Assembly (NCBI GenBank): GCA_002631715.1 | Contig: MRSX01000003.1 | Span: 361,286 to 425,285 of the forward strand | DNA length: 64,000 bases | Direction of reading: 5' to 3' | Source of the DNA: Candidatus Porisulfidus sp. TsSOB | GTDB taxonomy: Bacteria; Pseudomonadota; Gammaproteobacteria; Poriferisulfidales; Poriferisulfidaceae | Shown here: positions 51,316 to 61,879 of the stretch, in pieces | Position numbering within the stretch: the first letter of the stretch is position 1 | Layout: each line of letters starts with the position of its first letter | Translations under genes and position numbers: made by a program | The notes under the pieces: model-generated | The model's database searches: none | What the model saw: the letters and a program-made list of their open reading frames with translations, nothing else | Told to the model about the DNA's origin: nothing

Positions 51316-53121
51316 ATGAGGAAATTCTGGAAAAAGACCGCCAAAAAAATCCCGAGATACTTAAAAACCCGGTTCCTGCCGTTCCTCGAATGGCTGCCGG
51401 AACTGCGTTCTTCTTCCGTCATAAAGGCGGACCTCATCGCCGGCACCACCGTTGCCTTGGTGATCGTCCCACAATCAATGGCTTATGCTCAGTTGGCAGG
51501 TTTGCCGACTTATTACGGCCTGTACGCCTCGTTTTTGCCGGTCATCGTCTCGGCCGTGTTCGGATCGTCCCGCCAGTTGGCGACCGGCCCGGTAGCCGTG
51601 ATTTCGTTGCTGACCGCATCGGCTCTGGAGCCGATCGCTTCGGCGGGATCGGAAGGCTATATCGCCTACGCGATCATGCTGGCGCTGATGGTCGGCGTAT
51701 TCCAGATTGCTCTGGGGCTTCTGCGTCTCGGAGTGTTGGTGGACTTCCTGTCACACCCGGTGGTTATTGGTTTCACGAATGCGGCGGCACTAATCATCGC
51801 CACATCCCAGTTGGGCAAATTACTGGGGGTGGTTGCCGAGAAAAGCGAGCATCACTACGAGACAGTCTGGAACATACTGGTCGCGGCTTCCGAATTCACA
51901 CACTGGCCGACCGTGGCCATGAGCGTTGCGGCCATCGGCTTGATGTATTTTCTGCCGAAAATTTCGAAAAAAGTACCAGGCATCCTGGTTGCGGCAGTCC
52001 TGACCACGGTAGTTTCGTGGCTGATCGGATTTAAAGAAAATTTTGGTGGTGCCATTGTTGGCGCAATTCCAGAGGGCTTGCCGAATCTCGTATTGCCGAC
52101 TGTTGATTTTGGCTATGTGCTGGATCTGGCCGGCGTTGCAATTGCCATTTCCCTGATTGGCTTCATGGAGGCGTTTTCCGTTGCCAAGTCGATGTCGATG
52201 CGGAAAACTCGCCAGCATCTGGATGCCGACCAGGAATTGTTAGGCCAGGGCTTGGGCAATCTGGCGGCCAGCTTCTTCCAGGGCTATGCGGTTTCCGGCT
52301 CGTTCTCCCGTTCCGCAGTGAACTTGACCGCTGGGGCAGTCACCGGTTTTTCCTCCGTCGTAACCGGCCTGCTCGTGGCTGCGACTCTGCTGTTCTTGAC
52401 CCCGATCCTGTACCACATGCCACAGGCCATGCTGGCTTCGGTCATCATCATTGCCGTAGCGGGTCTGATCCGGGTCAAGCCGGTCATCGATGCCTGGAAG
52501 GTTCAAAAACACGACGCGGTCGTAGCAGTCATCACATTCGTGTTGACGCTGGCGTTCGCACCGCATCTGGAGAACGGGATCATCATCGGGGTACTTTTGG
52601 CGCTCGGGTTGTTCGTCTACCGCATCATGCGTCCGAATATCAGCCTGATTTCACGTGACAGCATGGGCAAGTTTGCCGATGCTCGGCGGCGGATTCTCGA
52701 GACTTGCTGCAGCATCTCAATGCTGCGCTTCGACGGACCACTGTTCTTCGCCAACACAGGTTATTTCAGCGACCAGGTCCTGCGAGCCGCTGCTTCGACC
52801 GAGGGCTTGCGCTACATCATCGTGGATGCGAGCAGCATCACGGAGATCGACTCTACCGGGGAGCATATGTTGCACAGCCTTGCACGGGAGTTGGTGGATT
52901 CCGAGATCACTTTCATCGTGACTCGCGCCAAACCGGAGATCATGGAAATTTTCGAACGTACGGGATTCGCCAGCCCGGAGTGGAGCGAGTATTTCACGGC
53001 AACCCGGGAAGAGGCAATGGATTATGCGATGAAGCAGATGAGGATCTGCGGAGACAAGCCCTGTGGTTGCACGCGGGATAAGTGCCCGATGATGGCTAAG
53101 CCCAAGCCCGGGACGATATAA
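51316..53121 (+). CDS. SulP-family anion (sulfate) permease with C-terminal STAS domain
   Basis: 10-12 TM core plus a STAS domain. First ATG (MRKFW) taken as start. Confidence 0.85.
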   Translation: MRKFWKKTAKKIPRYLKTRFLPFLEWLPELRSSSVIKADLIAGTTVALVIVPQSMAYAQLAGLPTYYGLYASFLPVIVSAVFGSSRQLATGPVAVISLLTASALEPIASAGSEGYIAYAIMLALMVGVFQIALGLLRLGVLVDFLSHPVVIGFTNAAALIIATSQLGKLLGVVAEKSEHHYETVWNILVAASEFTHWPTVAMSVAAIGLMYFLPKISKKVPGILVAAVLTTVVSWLIGFKENFGGAIVGAIPEGLPNLVLPTVDFGYVLDLAGVAIAISLIGFMEAFSVAKSMSMRKTRQHLDADQELLGQGLGNLAASFFQGYAVSGSFSRSAVNLTAGAVTGFSSVVTGLLVAATLLFLTPILYHMPQAMLASVIIIAVAGLIRVKPVIDAWKVQKHDAVVAVITFVLTLAFAPHLENGIIIGVLLALGLFVYRIMRPNISLISRDSMGKFADARRRILETCCSISMLRFDGPLFFANTGYFSDQVLRAAASTEGLRYIIVDASSITEIDSTGEHMLHSLARELVDSEITFIVTRAKPEIMEIFERTGFASPEWSEYFTATREEAMDYAMKQMRICGDKPCGCTRDKCPMMAKPKPGTI

Positions 53122-53189
53122 CCATTGGAATTGCGACTCGCAGCCCATTTTTGGGCACCCATTCGTGCAGTTCGGGGAAGGGCGCGGTG

Positions 53190-53195
53190 TATAAT
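53190..53195 (+). promoter_or_regulatory. Putative -10 element (TATAAT) upstream of the cytochrome c pair
   Basis: Exact TATAAT hexamer 55 nt upstream of the ATG at 53251. No convincing -35 seen. Confidence 0.25.
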
Positions 53196-53250
53196 GGCCG
53201 CCAGACGAGCGATTCTTCGCACATATCTTTCTGGGACTGCATAAAACGTC

Positions 53251-53574
53251 ATGCACGGACGCGGATATCTTCTTGCGGCTTCTCTCGTATTGGGATTAAC
53301 TCCCGCTCTCGCAGCTGCTGACGAAGCGGCAATCGAACGCGGGCGCACTTTGGCAGGAACCTGTCTTGGGTGCCACGGTGTCCCCAGCTACACCAATGTC
53401 TATCCGACCTACCATGTGCCGAAACTAGGTGGGCAGCATGCGGAATACATCGTGGCGGCCCTGAAAGCCTATAAATCCGGTGAACGCAGCCATGTCACCA
53501 TGCGGGCGCATTCGGTGAGGCTTTCGGAAGAGCAGATCCGAGACATTGCGACCTACTTCTCCTCCCTCAAATGA
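53251..53574 (+). CDS. Monoheme class I cytochrome c (c552/c553-like)
   Basis: Signal peptide plus CLGCHG heme-binding site. Confidence 0.75.
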   Translation: MHGRGYLLAASLVLGLTPALAAADEAAIERGRTLAGTCLGCHGVPSYTNVYPTYHVPKLGGQHAEYIVAALKAYKSGERSHVTMRAHSVRLSEEQIRDIATYFSSLK

Positions 53575-53930
53575 ACCGTCTGTCCCGTTCTTTCCTGATT
53601 TCAGCCGCGGTCGCGCTGGGCGTCGGCCTTTCAGGTCCCGTGCTGGCGGGTGATCCGGCAGCGGGCAAAGAGAAGTCCGTGACCTGCCAGGCCTGCCATG
53701 GCCTAGACGGCAACAGCCCGATCCCGACGTTCCCGATCATTGCGGGGCAGCATAAGGATTACCTGGTGTACAGCATGCTGAGCTACAAGACCGGCGAGCG
53801 CACCAATCCGATCATGGTTGCCATCGTGCAACCGCTGTCGGAAGAGGATATTGAAGATCTGGCCGCGTATTACGCGTCCCAGGAAGGCCTGTACCAGATC
53901 GACGCGGGTCTGGGCTCCGGCACTCCCTGA
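53571..53930 (+). CDS. Monoheme class I cytochrome c (c552/c553-like)
   Basis: Own signal peptide plus CQACHG. ATGA overlap with the previous gene. Confidence 0.75.
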   Translation: MNRLSRSFLISAAVALGVGLSGPVLAGDPAAGKEKSVTCQACHGLDGNSPIPTFPIIAGQHKDYLVYSMLSYKTGERTNPIMVAIVQPLSEEDIEDLAAYYASQEGLYQIDAGLGSGTP

Positions 53931-53931
53931 A

Positions 53932-54171
53932 TCAACCGGTTTTCTCGCTTTCTTCCGGCGTCAACGGCCGGATCGTCAAGGCATGCAGTGATCCGTCCGC
54001 GATCTGTTCCCGGACGGTGGCATAGACCAATTGGTGGCGTTTGACGGGCATCAGGCCCTCGAACGCATTGCTGATTACGGTCGCTTCAAACTTCCCTTCA
54101 CCGCCGCTGACGGTGACTTTGGCATCAGGCATGCCCGCCTGGATCAGGTTTTCGATTTGCTGTGCGTCCAC
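53932..54171 (-). CDS. BolA-family protein (IbaG-like)
   Basis: About 79 aa BolA fold pattern. Confidence 0.7.
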   Translation of the reverse strand: MDAQQIENLIQAGMPDAKVTVSGGEGKFEATVISNAFEGLMPVKRHQLVYATVREQIADGSLHALTIRPLTPEESEKTG

Positions 54172-54336
54172 GGGATGCCCTCAGAAAGGTGCGCATTGTA
54201 CTTCCATGATACAGAGAACCATGATTTCATGTCTCTCGCATACGCTAAAATGCCCGCACCAGAAATCGAGGAATTCTTTTCGAGGTTCCCTCTCTAAGGT
54301 ACAGCCCGAGGAATTCACGCAAAGAACGGATTCGCC

Positions 54337-55089
54337 ATGATTTTCAGGCAACTCTTCGAACCGGAATCGTTCACCTACACCTATCTGCTCGGCTGCCCGC
54401 AGACCGGCGAGACCGTGCTCATCGACCCGGTGTTGGAGACGGCGAACCGCGACCTTGAAGTCATGCATGAGATGGGTCTGAAACTCACCTACACCTTGGA
54501 GACACACGTTCATGCCGATCACGTGAGCGGGGCTTTCAAGCTCAAGGCGATCACCGACTGCAAAATCGCCGGCGCCGCGATGGATGACTTGGCGTGCCGG
54601 GACATCGGCGTCCGTGAGGGTGAGACGTTCCGCGTCGGAACCTTGGAGATCCATCCGCTGTTCACGCCGGGGCATACCGACACCCACCATGCTTTCCTGT
54701 TCCACTCCCCGAGTGGCGACTGGCTGTTCACTGGCGATGCGCTGCTGATCGACGCCTGTGGGCGGACCGACTTCCAGATGGGGGATGCTGGCATGCTGTA
54801 CCGCTCGATCCACGACAAATTCTTTTCCCGCCCGAACGACACGCTGGTCTATCCGGCGCACGACTACGAGGGACGTTTCGTCTCTACCATCGGTCAGGAG
54901 AAAGCCCGCAACCCACGCCTCAAGGACAACCGGAGCGAAGAGGACTTCGTGAAGCTGATGAGCGAATTGGACCTGCCGTACCCGAAGAAGATCGATTTCT
55001 CGGTTCCGGCCAACGAGCTGTGCGGGCGCTGCCCCGAAGACCTGCCGCCGGGGGTTCAGGCCCTGTGCAACGTGCACGATCAGGGTTGA
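54337..55089 (+). CDS. MBL-fold metallo-hydrolase, persulfide dioxygenase (ETHE1)/glyoxalase II-like
   Basis: HVHADH metal motif. MIFRQLFEPESFTYTYLL N-terminus is typical of bacterial PDOs. Confidence 0.65.
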   Translation: MIFRQLFEPESFTYTYLLGCPQTGETVLIDPVLETANRDLEVMHEMGLKLTYTLETHVHADHVSGAFKLKAITDCKIAGAAMDDLACRDIGVREGETFRVGTLEIHPLFTPGHTDTHHAFLFHSPSGDWLFTGDALLIDACGRTDFQMGDAGMLYRSIHDKFFSRPNDTLVYPAHDYEGRFVSTIGQEKARNPRLKDNRSEEDFVKLMSELDLPYPKKIDFSVPANELCGRCPEDLPPGVQALCNVHDQG

Positions 55090-55095
55090 GTCAGC

Positions 55096-55566
55096 CTACC
55101 AGCGGAATTTGTTCCAGAGCTGGGGATTGGCCCAGAAGCGGTTGTTCAGCCAGTTTGGCGTTTTCTTGTAGGTCTTCAGGCTGAAATGGTTCAGCCCCCA
55201 GGGCTGTTCGTTTACATTAAAGATTTCTAGGCAGCGCAGCCCCAGCGCGCCCATCCGCCGGGTCTGTTCCATCGAATCGCCGGGGTGCAGGACATACAGT
55301 TCCAGGGACAGGAAGTCGCGCAGATGGGCGATGACCGCATCCAGCTGGTTCTCTTCTACCCACGGGGTCAGGATCAATCCACAGGTATGGCGCGATTCCG
55401 GACGTGGTGTCGCCAAGGCCTCGGTGCTCGACAGTGTTGTGGCGACCCATTCCGGGACGGAAGAGGGCGGCTGGTCTGCGATCAGCAGAATGTCCTGATC
55501 CGGTGAGGTTTCCCGGATCTTTTCCAGGAGAGTATCCGAAGTGATTGCTTCCGATTCAGAGAGCAT
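55096..55566 (-). CDS. Hypothetical protein
   Basis: ORF only. Confidence 0.3.
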   Translation of the reverse strand: MLSESEAITSDTLLEKIRETSPDQDILLIADQPPSSVPEWVATTLSSTEALATPRPESRHTCGLILTPWVEENQLDAVIAHLRDFLSLELYVLHPGDSMEQTRRMGALGLRCLEIFNVNEQPWGLNHFSLKTYKKTPNWLNNRFWANPQLWNKFRW

Positions 55567-56659
55567 CGAGGGCTTGAGTCAAGGCCGGGCCAACCATCTT
55601 GCCACGCCAGCCTTGAAGCAGGATCGGATCCGGATTCTGCCGCACGAGGTCCTCCAGCATGGAACGGGGCGCGAGCAGTTCCGGCGAGACTTCGATTTCC
55701 TCGGCGATTTTGCGGGCAACACCGGCCAGGATCCGGATTTTCCTGCGCATTTCCATGCGCTCGTTCCGATCCATGAGCTTCCGCTGGATGGGAGGGCAGC
55801 GATGGGCTTCTTGAAGCGTCTTCCACAGTCGTTCGTGCAGCTTCCAAGAGACCTTGCCGGCCACGATCTGTTCGAAGCCGTCCCGGTCCTCGGGGGTCGC
55901 ACAGGCGAGAGCCACCAGGATCTCGTCCGAGGCAACCCGACCTCGAGCCTGGTCTTGGCGCCGGGCGACCAGTTCGCGCCAACGCGCCAGCCCTTGCAGC
56001 ACGTGCAGCCGGTCGTTGGGGATCTCGTTGTTGGGGATCTTGACCCGTTTCCACACATGGTTTGAGTTGGGGACCAGGACGGAAGGAGCTAGGTTTCGTT
56101 CCAGTTCTTCCTGGAGCCAGGTCATTCGTCCCTTGGCTTCCAGGTCTTCCGACAGCTGTTGGTAGATGGGGCCGAGATACACGACGTCGTGCAGTGCGTA
56201 CTGGAGCTGGGCGGGCTTGAGCGGTCGGCGGTCCCACCAACTGCGCACCTGGGATTTGTCCAGCGCGATCCCCAGCGTTTCCTCCACCATGGCAGCATAG
56301 CTGACTTGGAAGTCGCGCCCGAGCAAGGCCCAGGCGATCTGGGTGTCGAATAGGTTTTCAGGAATCAGGTCGAAATCGTGGTACATGATCTCGACATCCT
56401 GAAGGCAGGCGTGCAGGACGCTGACTCTGTCGGGTTCGCGCAACAACTCGATGAAACCGGACAGATCGAGTCCAACCTGCGCATCGATCAGGGCATGCTG
56501 AGTGCCGTCCGAAACCTGTATCAAGCAGAGTTTCGGATAGTAGGTATTGATGCGCAGGAACTCCGTGTCCAGCGCAAGCCACGGCGCTTCCTTGATGGAA
56601 TCAATGAATTTCAACAGGGTGTCCTGCCGGGCGACCCATGTCCAACTCGGTACCAACAT
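55556..56659 (-). CDS. rnd: Ribonuclease D
   Basis: DEDDy 3'-5' exonuclease (LALDTEF...HDVVYL) plus an HRDC domain. Confidence 0.8.
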   Translation of the reverse strand: MLVPSWTWVARQDTLLKFIDSIKEAPWLALDTEFLRINTYYPKLCLIQVSDGTQHALIDAQVGLDLSGFIELLREPDRVSVLHACLQDVEIMYHDFDLIPENLFDTQIAWALLGRDFQVSYAAMVEETLGIALDKSQVRSWWDRRPLKPAQLQYALHDVVYLGPIYQQLSEDLEAKGRMTWLQEELERNLAPSVLVPNSNHVWKRVKIPNNEIPNDRLHVLQGLARWRELVARRQDQARGRVASDEILVALACATPEDRDGFEQIVAGKVSWKLHERLWKTLQEAHRCPPIQRKLMDRNERMEMRRKIRILAGVARKIAEEIEVSPELLAPRSMLEDLVRQNPDPILLQGWRGKMVGPALTQALDAL

Positions 56660-56720
56660 CCTCCCCATGGGGGGACAGTATAATGCGCCCAACTGCGAAA
56701 TTCTTCCCGATCCTCAAAAA

Positions 56721-57020
56721 ATGCCTATTTTTCAGGCTTTTCTACTGTTTTTCCTGCTCGTTGGCGTGAGCATTCCGGGACAGGTGCAAGCGCAGGACCC
56801 GGCCGCAAATGACCCGATTCAAGCGGCATCGAATGACGTGCCGGCATCAGCTGGAGAGGAGGTTTCACCTGAGCCGTCTGTTCCACCGGAAGACGAACCT
56901 CTTGCGCCCCCCTCCGACCCCTTGAGCCTGTATTCTCCGGACATCCTGGTCGACATGCCGTATGTCTATCCTTTGTTGCGGATGCGCTTGACCCCGGAAA
57001 TGAGGCAGGAGGCACCATGA
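56721..57020 (+). CDS. Small secreted acidic/proline-rich protein (hypothetical)
   Basis: Signal peptide MPIFQAFLLFFLLVGVSIPGQVQA. Confidence 0.35.
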   Translation: MPIFQAFLLFFLLVGVSIPGQVQAQDPAANDPIQAASNDVPASAGEEVSPEPSVPPEDEPLAPPSDPLSLYSPDILVDMPYVYPLLRMRLTPEMRQEAP

Positions 57021-57613
57021 AGTTCCGCTGGAACTCCCGCCTCGCCAGTCATCTGGCCGTCGTCATCATCGTGATCACGCTGCTGCTGCTCGGATGGCGG
57101 ATGAGCCCGAATGTCACCTGGTTTCCAGACCTGGAGACGGAGCCCTTGTTCGAGCCCGAGGAGTTGCCCTCGCTTCGGGACGTGATCGACCAGCCGGAAG
57201 AGGAAAGCGGGCTAAAACCCGTGCCGGCCGCTCCCCAAGAGGAAAAACCGGATGTCCCGTCCGAACCTGTGCAGGAAGCGGAGGCGGAGGCTCCACAGCC
57301 GGAAGCGACCCCGACACCGCCCCAGCCTCAACTCCGTGATCTGGAAGCGGAAAGGCTCTACGAATCTTGGAGCCGGGCCCGGCAGTTACTGCGACAGCGG
57401 GATTTGGCGGGTGCCGAACAGGCCTACTTGGAATTGACGAACCGCTGGCCGAAGCACCCGGATCTGGTTGGCGAGCTCGGCAACGTCTATGTTTTGCTAG
57501 GAGAGAAGAATTCGGCCCGGACCGCATTCCGGCGATCTCAAAAACTACTGGAGCCGATGGGTCCGTCGCTGCAATTGGAAGCGGTGACGCGCTGGCTGGA
57601 GCGACACCGGTAA
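57017..57613 (+). CDS. Membrane-anchored protein with Pro/Glu-rich linker and C-terminal TPR-like helix pair
   Basis: N-terminal TM helix. ATGA coupling with the upstream ORF. Confidence 0.4.
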   Translation: MKFRWNSRLASHLAVVIIVITLLLLGWRMSPNVTWFPDLETEPLFEPEELPSLRDVIDQPEEESGLKPVPAAPQEEKPDVPSEPVQEAEAEAPQPEATPTPPQPQLRDLEAERLYESWSRARQLLRQRDLAGAEQAYLELTNRWPKHPDLVGELGNVYVLLGEKNSARTAFRRSQKLLEPMGPSLQLEAVTRWLERHR

Positions 57614-57638
57614 CGGGAAGACTTCTCTGACCCCGATC

Positions 57639-58124
57639 TCAGGGCAGCCCGGGTTCTCCCGCCGGAATCTTCTTCATCAGAAAGTATAAGATCGGCCAGA
57701 CCACCATGCTGGTCGGCAGGCTGGCCCAGAAAATCAGGCCGGGGTCGACGTTAGAGAGAAAGATCGAGAGCAGGTGAAGGTAACCCAGGTGCAGCGCCAG
57801 CAGCAGGCCGACCGGGAGGCTTGTCTCCAGGGAGCCGGAGAAATGCAGCGTCCGGTAGAACCGGGCGCATAGATACACGATGATGGAATAACTGACGATG
57901 TGAATGCCAACCCAGTTGCCGACGATGAGGTCGCTGGCTAGGCCTGCCACCCAGGCCATTCCGAAGCCCGCTTTCCCGGTCTGGGTGATGACCCAGAAGA
58001 TCATCACCATTGCGATCCAGTGTGGCTGCCATGGTGCAAACCATTCCGGAAACGGCCAGGCTGAAAGGGTGGCCGCCGCGATCAGGCTCAAGGCCTGATA
58101 GAGTCGCCATCGTTCAATCCGCAT
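57639..58124 (-). CDS. mreD: Rod shape-determining protein MreD
   Basis: Polytopic membrane protein immediately downstream of mreC. Confidence 0.75.
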   Translation of the reverse strand: MRIERWRLYQALSLIAAATLSAWPFPEWFAPWQPHWIAMVMIFWVITQTGKAGFGMAWVAGLASDLIVGNWVGIHIVSYSIIVYLCARFYRTLHFSGSLETSLPVGLLLALHLGYLHLLSIFLSNVDPGLIFWASLPTSMVVWPILYFLMKKIPAGEPGLP

Positions 58125-58932
58125 CGGCGACTTCCTCGGGAGTCTCTCGGTTCCAGACCAGCAGGACTTCCCGGTTCCGGTGCAGTTGCGCCCCGGCCTG
58201 GACATCCGCTTCCAGGAAATCTCGACCGGGCTGGGCGGCGATCTGCGTGACCTTTCCGACCAGGTGTTGCTCGGGGTAGGTCTCGTCGAGGCCCGAGGTC
58301 AGCAGGATATCACCGGACTTGAGGTCGTTGTGGCGCGGGACGAACTTGAGGGTCAGCCCCTGTCCGTTTCCGTGCGCCAGGTAGCGGTCGTCGGTTCGCG
58401 CGTTGCGCACCATCAGGGCGTGGCTGACGTCGGTAACCAGCAAGACGGTGGACTGGAACAGGCTGGTGTTGGAGATCTGACCGACGACGCCGCGTTCATC
58501 CAAAACCGGTTGGCCAACATAGGTGCCGTCCCGGGTGCCGCGATTGATGGTGATGGTCTGGCGGAACGCGTTTGTGTTGCTCTTCGTGACGACCGCGACC
58601 AGTGCCTGTTTCGAATGTTCTTGGACGTCCAGCTGCGCAAGGGTCCGCAGACGGCGGTTCTCGTCTTCCAGTGCTTCGAGAGTCCGCGACGAGAAGACGT
58701 TCTCCAGCAATTGCTGACGGAGTTTCCGATTCTCTTCGGCCAGTGCCTCGACTCCCTGGTAGTGGGTATAGACCGAATCAATGAGCTGCTGGGGCAGGCT
58801 CGCGACGACCATGATCGGCTGGATGATCAGGTCGAGCAGGGGGGTGGCACGGTCGACCACCGCATAGCGATAGTCGACGCTGATCAATGCGATTGCCAGG
58901 ATCAGGCTGCCGGTCAGTTTACGCCAAAGCAT
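58114..58932 (-). CDS. mreC: Rod shape-determining protein MreC
   Basis: N-terminal TM helix, coiled coil, and beta domains. Confidence 0.85.
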   Translation of the reverse strand: MLWRKLTGSLILAIALISVDYRYAVVDRATPLLDLIIQPIMVVASLPQQLIDSVYTHYQGVEALAEENRKLRQQLLENVFSSRTLEALEDENRRLRTLAQLDVQEHSKQALVAVVTKSNTNAFRQTITINRGTRDGTYVGQPVLDERGVVGQISNTSLFQSTVLLVTDVSHALMVRNARTDDRYLAHGNGQGLTLKFVPRHNDLKSGDILLTSGLDETYPEQHLVGKVTQIAAQPGRDFLEADVQAGAQLHRNREVLLVWNRETPEEVADAD

Positions 58933-58982
58933 CTGGGGTCTGACTCAGGAAAGGCGAAGCCGTTCCAACGAATTTCGGTCGG

Positions 58983-60020
58983 TTACCCGAAAAAGGCTTG
59001 CGAATCCTGCTGAAGTTCGATGTTTTCCTCCAAGACCTTGCCGCCGCCGCGTGCGACGCAGTACAAGGGTTCGTTGGCGATGATCACGGAAACCTTGATC
59101 TCCTGCATCAGCAATTCGTCGATGCCCCGCAACATGGCGCCGCCGCCGGTGACAACGATGCCGCGCGCCATGATGTCCGAAGCCAAGTCCGGCGGGGTTT
59201 GCTCCAGAACCGAACGAACCTTGTTCAGAACGACCTGCAGGGGCTCCTGCAGGGCGTCGTTGATCTCGTTGCTGTTGACGGTGATGCTGCGCGGCGTGCC
59301 GTCAGACAGGTCGCGGCCCCGCACTTCCATTTCTTCCACCGTCTGCGGGCGGTAGGCGCTGCCGATAGTGTGCTTGATCGTTTCCGCGGTGGTTTCCCCG
59401 ATCAACAGCCCGCAGTTGCGCCGCACGTACTCGATGACGCTCTGGTTGAAATGATCACCACCGGTTCGGGAGGAGTCGGCATAAACGATGTCGTTGAGCG
59501 ACAGTACCGCGACCTCCGAGGTGCCGCCGCCGATGTCCAGGATGAAGTGGCCACAGGGCTCTTCGATGCTCAGGCCCGCCCCCAGCGCGGCAAGCAATGG
59601 TTCCTCGTACAGGTAGACCTTGCGCGCGCCAGCTGCTTCCGCGGCGGCCCGGATCGCCCGGCGTTCTACCTGGGTGGCGCCGCAGGGCACGCAGATCAGG
59701 ACCCGCGGTCCGATGGAAAACAGCCGCCGCTGGCTCGCTTTCCGAATGAAATACTGCAACATCTTCTCGGCGGTCGCGAAGTCGGCAACCACGCCGTCGC
59801 GCAAAGGACGCACCACCTCGATGTTGGCAGGCGTCCGGCCGATCATGCGCTTGGCCTCGATGCCGACGGCTTCGACCTGCGGTTTGTTCAGGTCCGAATA
59901 CTTGCGGATAGCCACCACCGAAGGCTCATCCAGGACGATTCCTTCACCGGGCACGTAGACGAGGGTATTGGCGGTGCCCAGGTCAATGGACATGTCGTCG
60001 CTGAAAAGACGCCGGAACAT
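58983..60020 (-). CDS. mreB: Rod shape-determining protein MreB
   Basis: [23 protein letters not shown] actin-like fold. Confidence 0.95.
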   Translation of the reverse strand: MFRRLFSDDMSIDLGTANTLVYVPGEGIVLDEPSVVAIRKYSDLNKPQVEAVGIEAKRMIGRTPANIEVVRPLRDGVVADFATAEKMLQYFIRKASQRRLFSIGPRVLICVPCGATQVERRAIRAAAEAAGARKVYLYEEPLLAALGAGLSIEEPCGHFILDIGGGTSEVAVLSLNDIVYADSSRTGGDHFNQSVIEYVRRNCGLLIGETTAETIKHTIGSAYRPQTVEEMEVRGRDLSDGTPRSITVNSNEINDALQEPLQVVLNKVRSVLEQTPPDLASDIMARGIVVTGGGAMLRGIDELLMQEIKVSVIIANEPLYCVARGGGKVLEENIELQQDSQAFFG

Positions 60021-60131
60021 GAAAAACTTCCAGAAAATATTGAAACGCCAATTTAGCATAAATATAGGCTTGGCGACTATACTAGACTGTTAATCTCAGC
60101 TTTTTTCGACCTCCAAGACCCCACTTCGTTC

Positions 60132-60425
60132 ATGGATCTGACCGCCGAGACTGTCCGGGGGATCGCAAAACTCGCCCGACTCCGCCCGAATCCCGATGAA
60201 GAGCAGCGCCTAATCCAGGATCTGGGCGCGATTCTCGAATTTTTCGCCCAGCTCAGCGAAGCGGAAGTCGACGGCATCGAACCGATGGCGCATCCGCTCG
60301 AGGTTGATCAGCGCATGCGCGAGGACGAGGTGACCGAACCCGACCGTCGGGAAGACTACCAGGAGATCGCCCCGGATGCGCGCGAAGGCCTGTACCGGGT
60401 CCCGGCCGTGCTGGATTCTGACTGA
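60132..60425 (+). CDS. gatC: Asp/Glu-tRNA amidotransferase subunit C
   Basis: GatC family. Conserved divergent arrangement with mreB. Confidence 0.85.
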   Translation: MDLTAETVRGIAKLARLRPNPDEEQRLIQDLGAILEFFAQLSEAEVDGIEPMAHPLEVDQRMREDEVTEPDRREDYQEIAPDAREGLYRVPAVLDSD

Positions 60426-61879
60426 TGCATGAGCAAACCCTGCTGGAACAGGCGCAGGCGTTGCAGGACGGGGAAGTGTCCAGCGTCGAGCTGACGCAGT
60501 TCTATCTCAATCGCATCCAGGCGCACGACGAGTCGCTCAACAGCTTCGTCACCGTGACGGGGGCACAGGCCCTGGCGCAGGCTGAGGCGGCAGATCGCGC
60601 CCGGTCTGCCGGAGAAGCCGGGCCGCTGACCGGCGTGCCGCTGGCGCACAAGGATATTTTCTGCACGCGCGGTGTGCGCACCACCTGCGGGTCCCGGATG
60701 CTGGATAACTTCGTTTCACCGTACGATGCCACGGTCGTGGAACGGCTGCAGGCGGCCGGCATGGTCATGCTCGGCAAGACGAACATGGACGAATTTGCGA
60801 TGGGTTCGTCCAACGAAAACAGCTACTATGGCCCGGTTCACAATCCTTGGGATCCGGAGCGGGTCCCGGGCGGCTCCAGCGGCGGTTCTGCTGCTGCCGT
60901 GGCGTCTCGCCTTGCCCCAGCGGCCACCGCGACCGACACCGGCGGTTCCATCCGGCAGCCAGCTACGTTCTGCGGCGTGACCGGCCTGAAGCCGACTTAC
61001 GGCCGGGTCTCTCGGTTTGGCATGGTGGCCTACGCCTCCAGTTTGGACCAGGGCGGGATGCTCGGCGTGAGCGCTGAAGACTGTGCGGCTTTGCTCGGTA
61101 CGATGGCGGGGTTCGACTCCCGCGATTCGACCAGCGTAGACCACCCCGTGCCGGACTACCAAGAAGAACTGAAGCAGCCGGTTGACGGTCTGCGTCTGGG
61201 ACTACCTAAAGAGTTTTTCGATGATCGGCTGGATGCGCGGATCCGGGCGTCCGTGGAAGAAGCGGTTGCGGCCTGGGAGGGGCAGGGCGCGCAGTTGGTC
61301 GAGATCTCATTGCCGAATCTCCCGCTCGCAACGCCGGCCTACTACGTGATCGCCTCGGCCGAGTGCTCGTCCAATCTGGCCCGCTACGACGGGGTGCGCT
61401 ACGGACACCGGTGCGCAGACCCGGAAGACTTGGAGGATCTGTTCTGCCGCTCGCGCGAGGAAGGTTTTGGAGCGGAAGTCCGGCGCCGAATCATGATCGG
61501 AACGTATGCTTTGTCTGCCGGCTATCGCGAGGCATACTACGACCGGGCGCGGCGAGTGCGGCAATTGATCCGGCGGGATTTTCAGCAGGCATTCGAGAAG
61601 GTTGATGCGATCGTAGCCCCGGTCTCTCCGGTGCTGCCGTTTCGGCTCGGCGAAAAGACGCAGGATCCGGTGGCGATGTACCTGATCGACTGCTATACCA
61701 TCCCGGTCAACTTGGCCGGCCTGCCGGGCCTGTCGCTGCCGGCGCGGCCGGTGGATGGGCTGCCGACCGGCGTGCAACTGATTGGGAATTATTTTGACGA
61801 AGCGCGGCTGCTCGGGCTCGGCGCCGCCTGGCAACGGGAGACGGATTGGCACCGGCAGGTGCCGCCGGAGTTCGCATGA
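60425..61879 (+). CDS. gatA: Asp/Glu-tRNA amidotransferase subunit A
   Basis: Amidase signature [12 protein letters not shown]. Confidence 0.95.
   Translation: MHEQTLLEQAQALQDGEVSSVELTQFYLNRIQAHDESLNSFVTVTGAQALAQAEAADRARSAGEAGPLTGVPLAHKDIFCTRGVRTTCGSRMLDNFVSPYDATVVERLQAAGMVMLGKTNMDEFAMGSSNENSYYGPVHNPWDPERVPGGSSGGSAAAVASRLAPAATATDTGGSIRQPATFCGVTGLKPTYGRVSRFGMVAYASSLDQGGMLGVSAEDCAALLGTMAGFDSRDSTSVDHPVPDYQEELKQPVDGLRLGLPKEFFDDRLDARIRASVEEAVAAWEGQGAQLVEISLPNLPLATPAYYVIASAECSSNLARYDGVRYGHRCADPEDLEDLFCRSREEGFGAEVRRRIMIGTYALSAGYREAYYDRARRVRQLIRRDFQQAFEKVDAIVAPVSPVLPFRLGEKTQDPVAMYLIDCYTIPVNLAGLPGLSLPARPVDGLPTGVQLIGNYFDEARLLGLGAAWQRETDWHRQVPPEFA

Noticed and set aside
53251-53930. Dihaem cytochrome c4 split by a frameshift
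   Set aside because: Each half has its own Met plus signal peptide and a single CxxCH. The junction is a clean ATGA overlap. Two monoheme cytochromes is the simpler reading.
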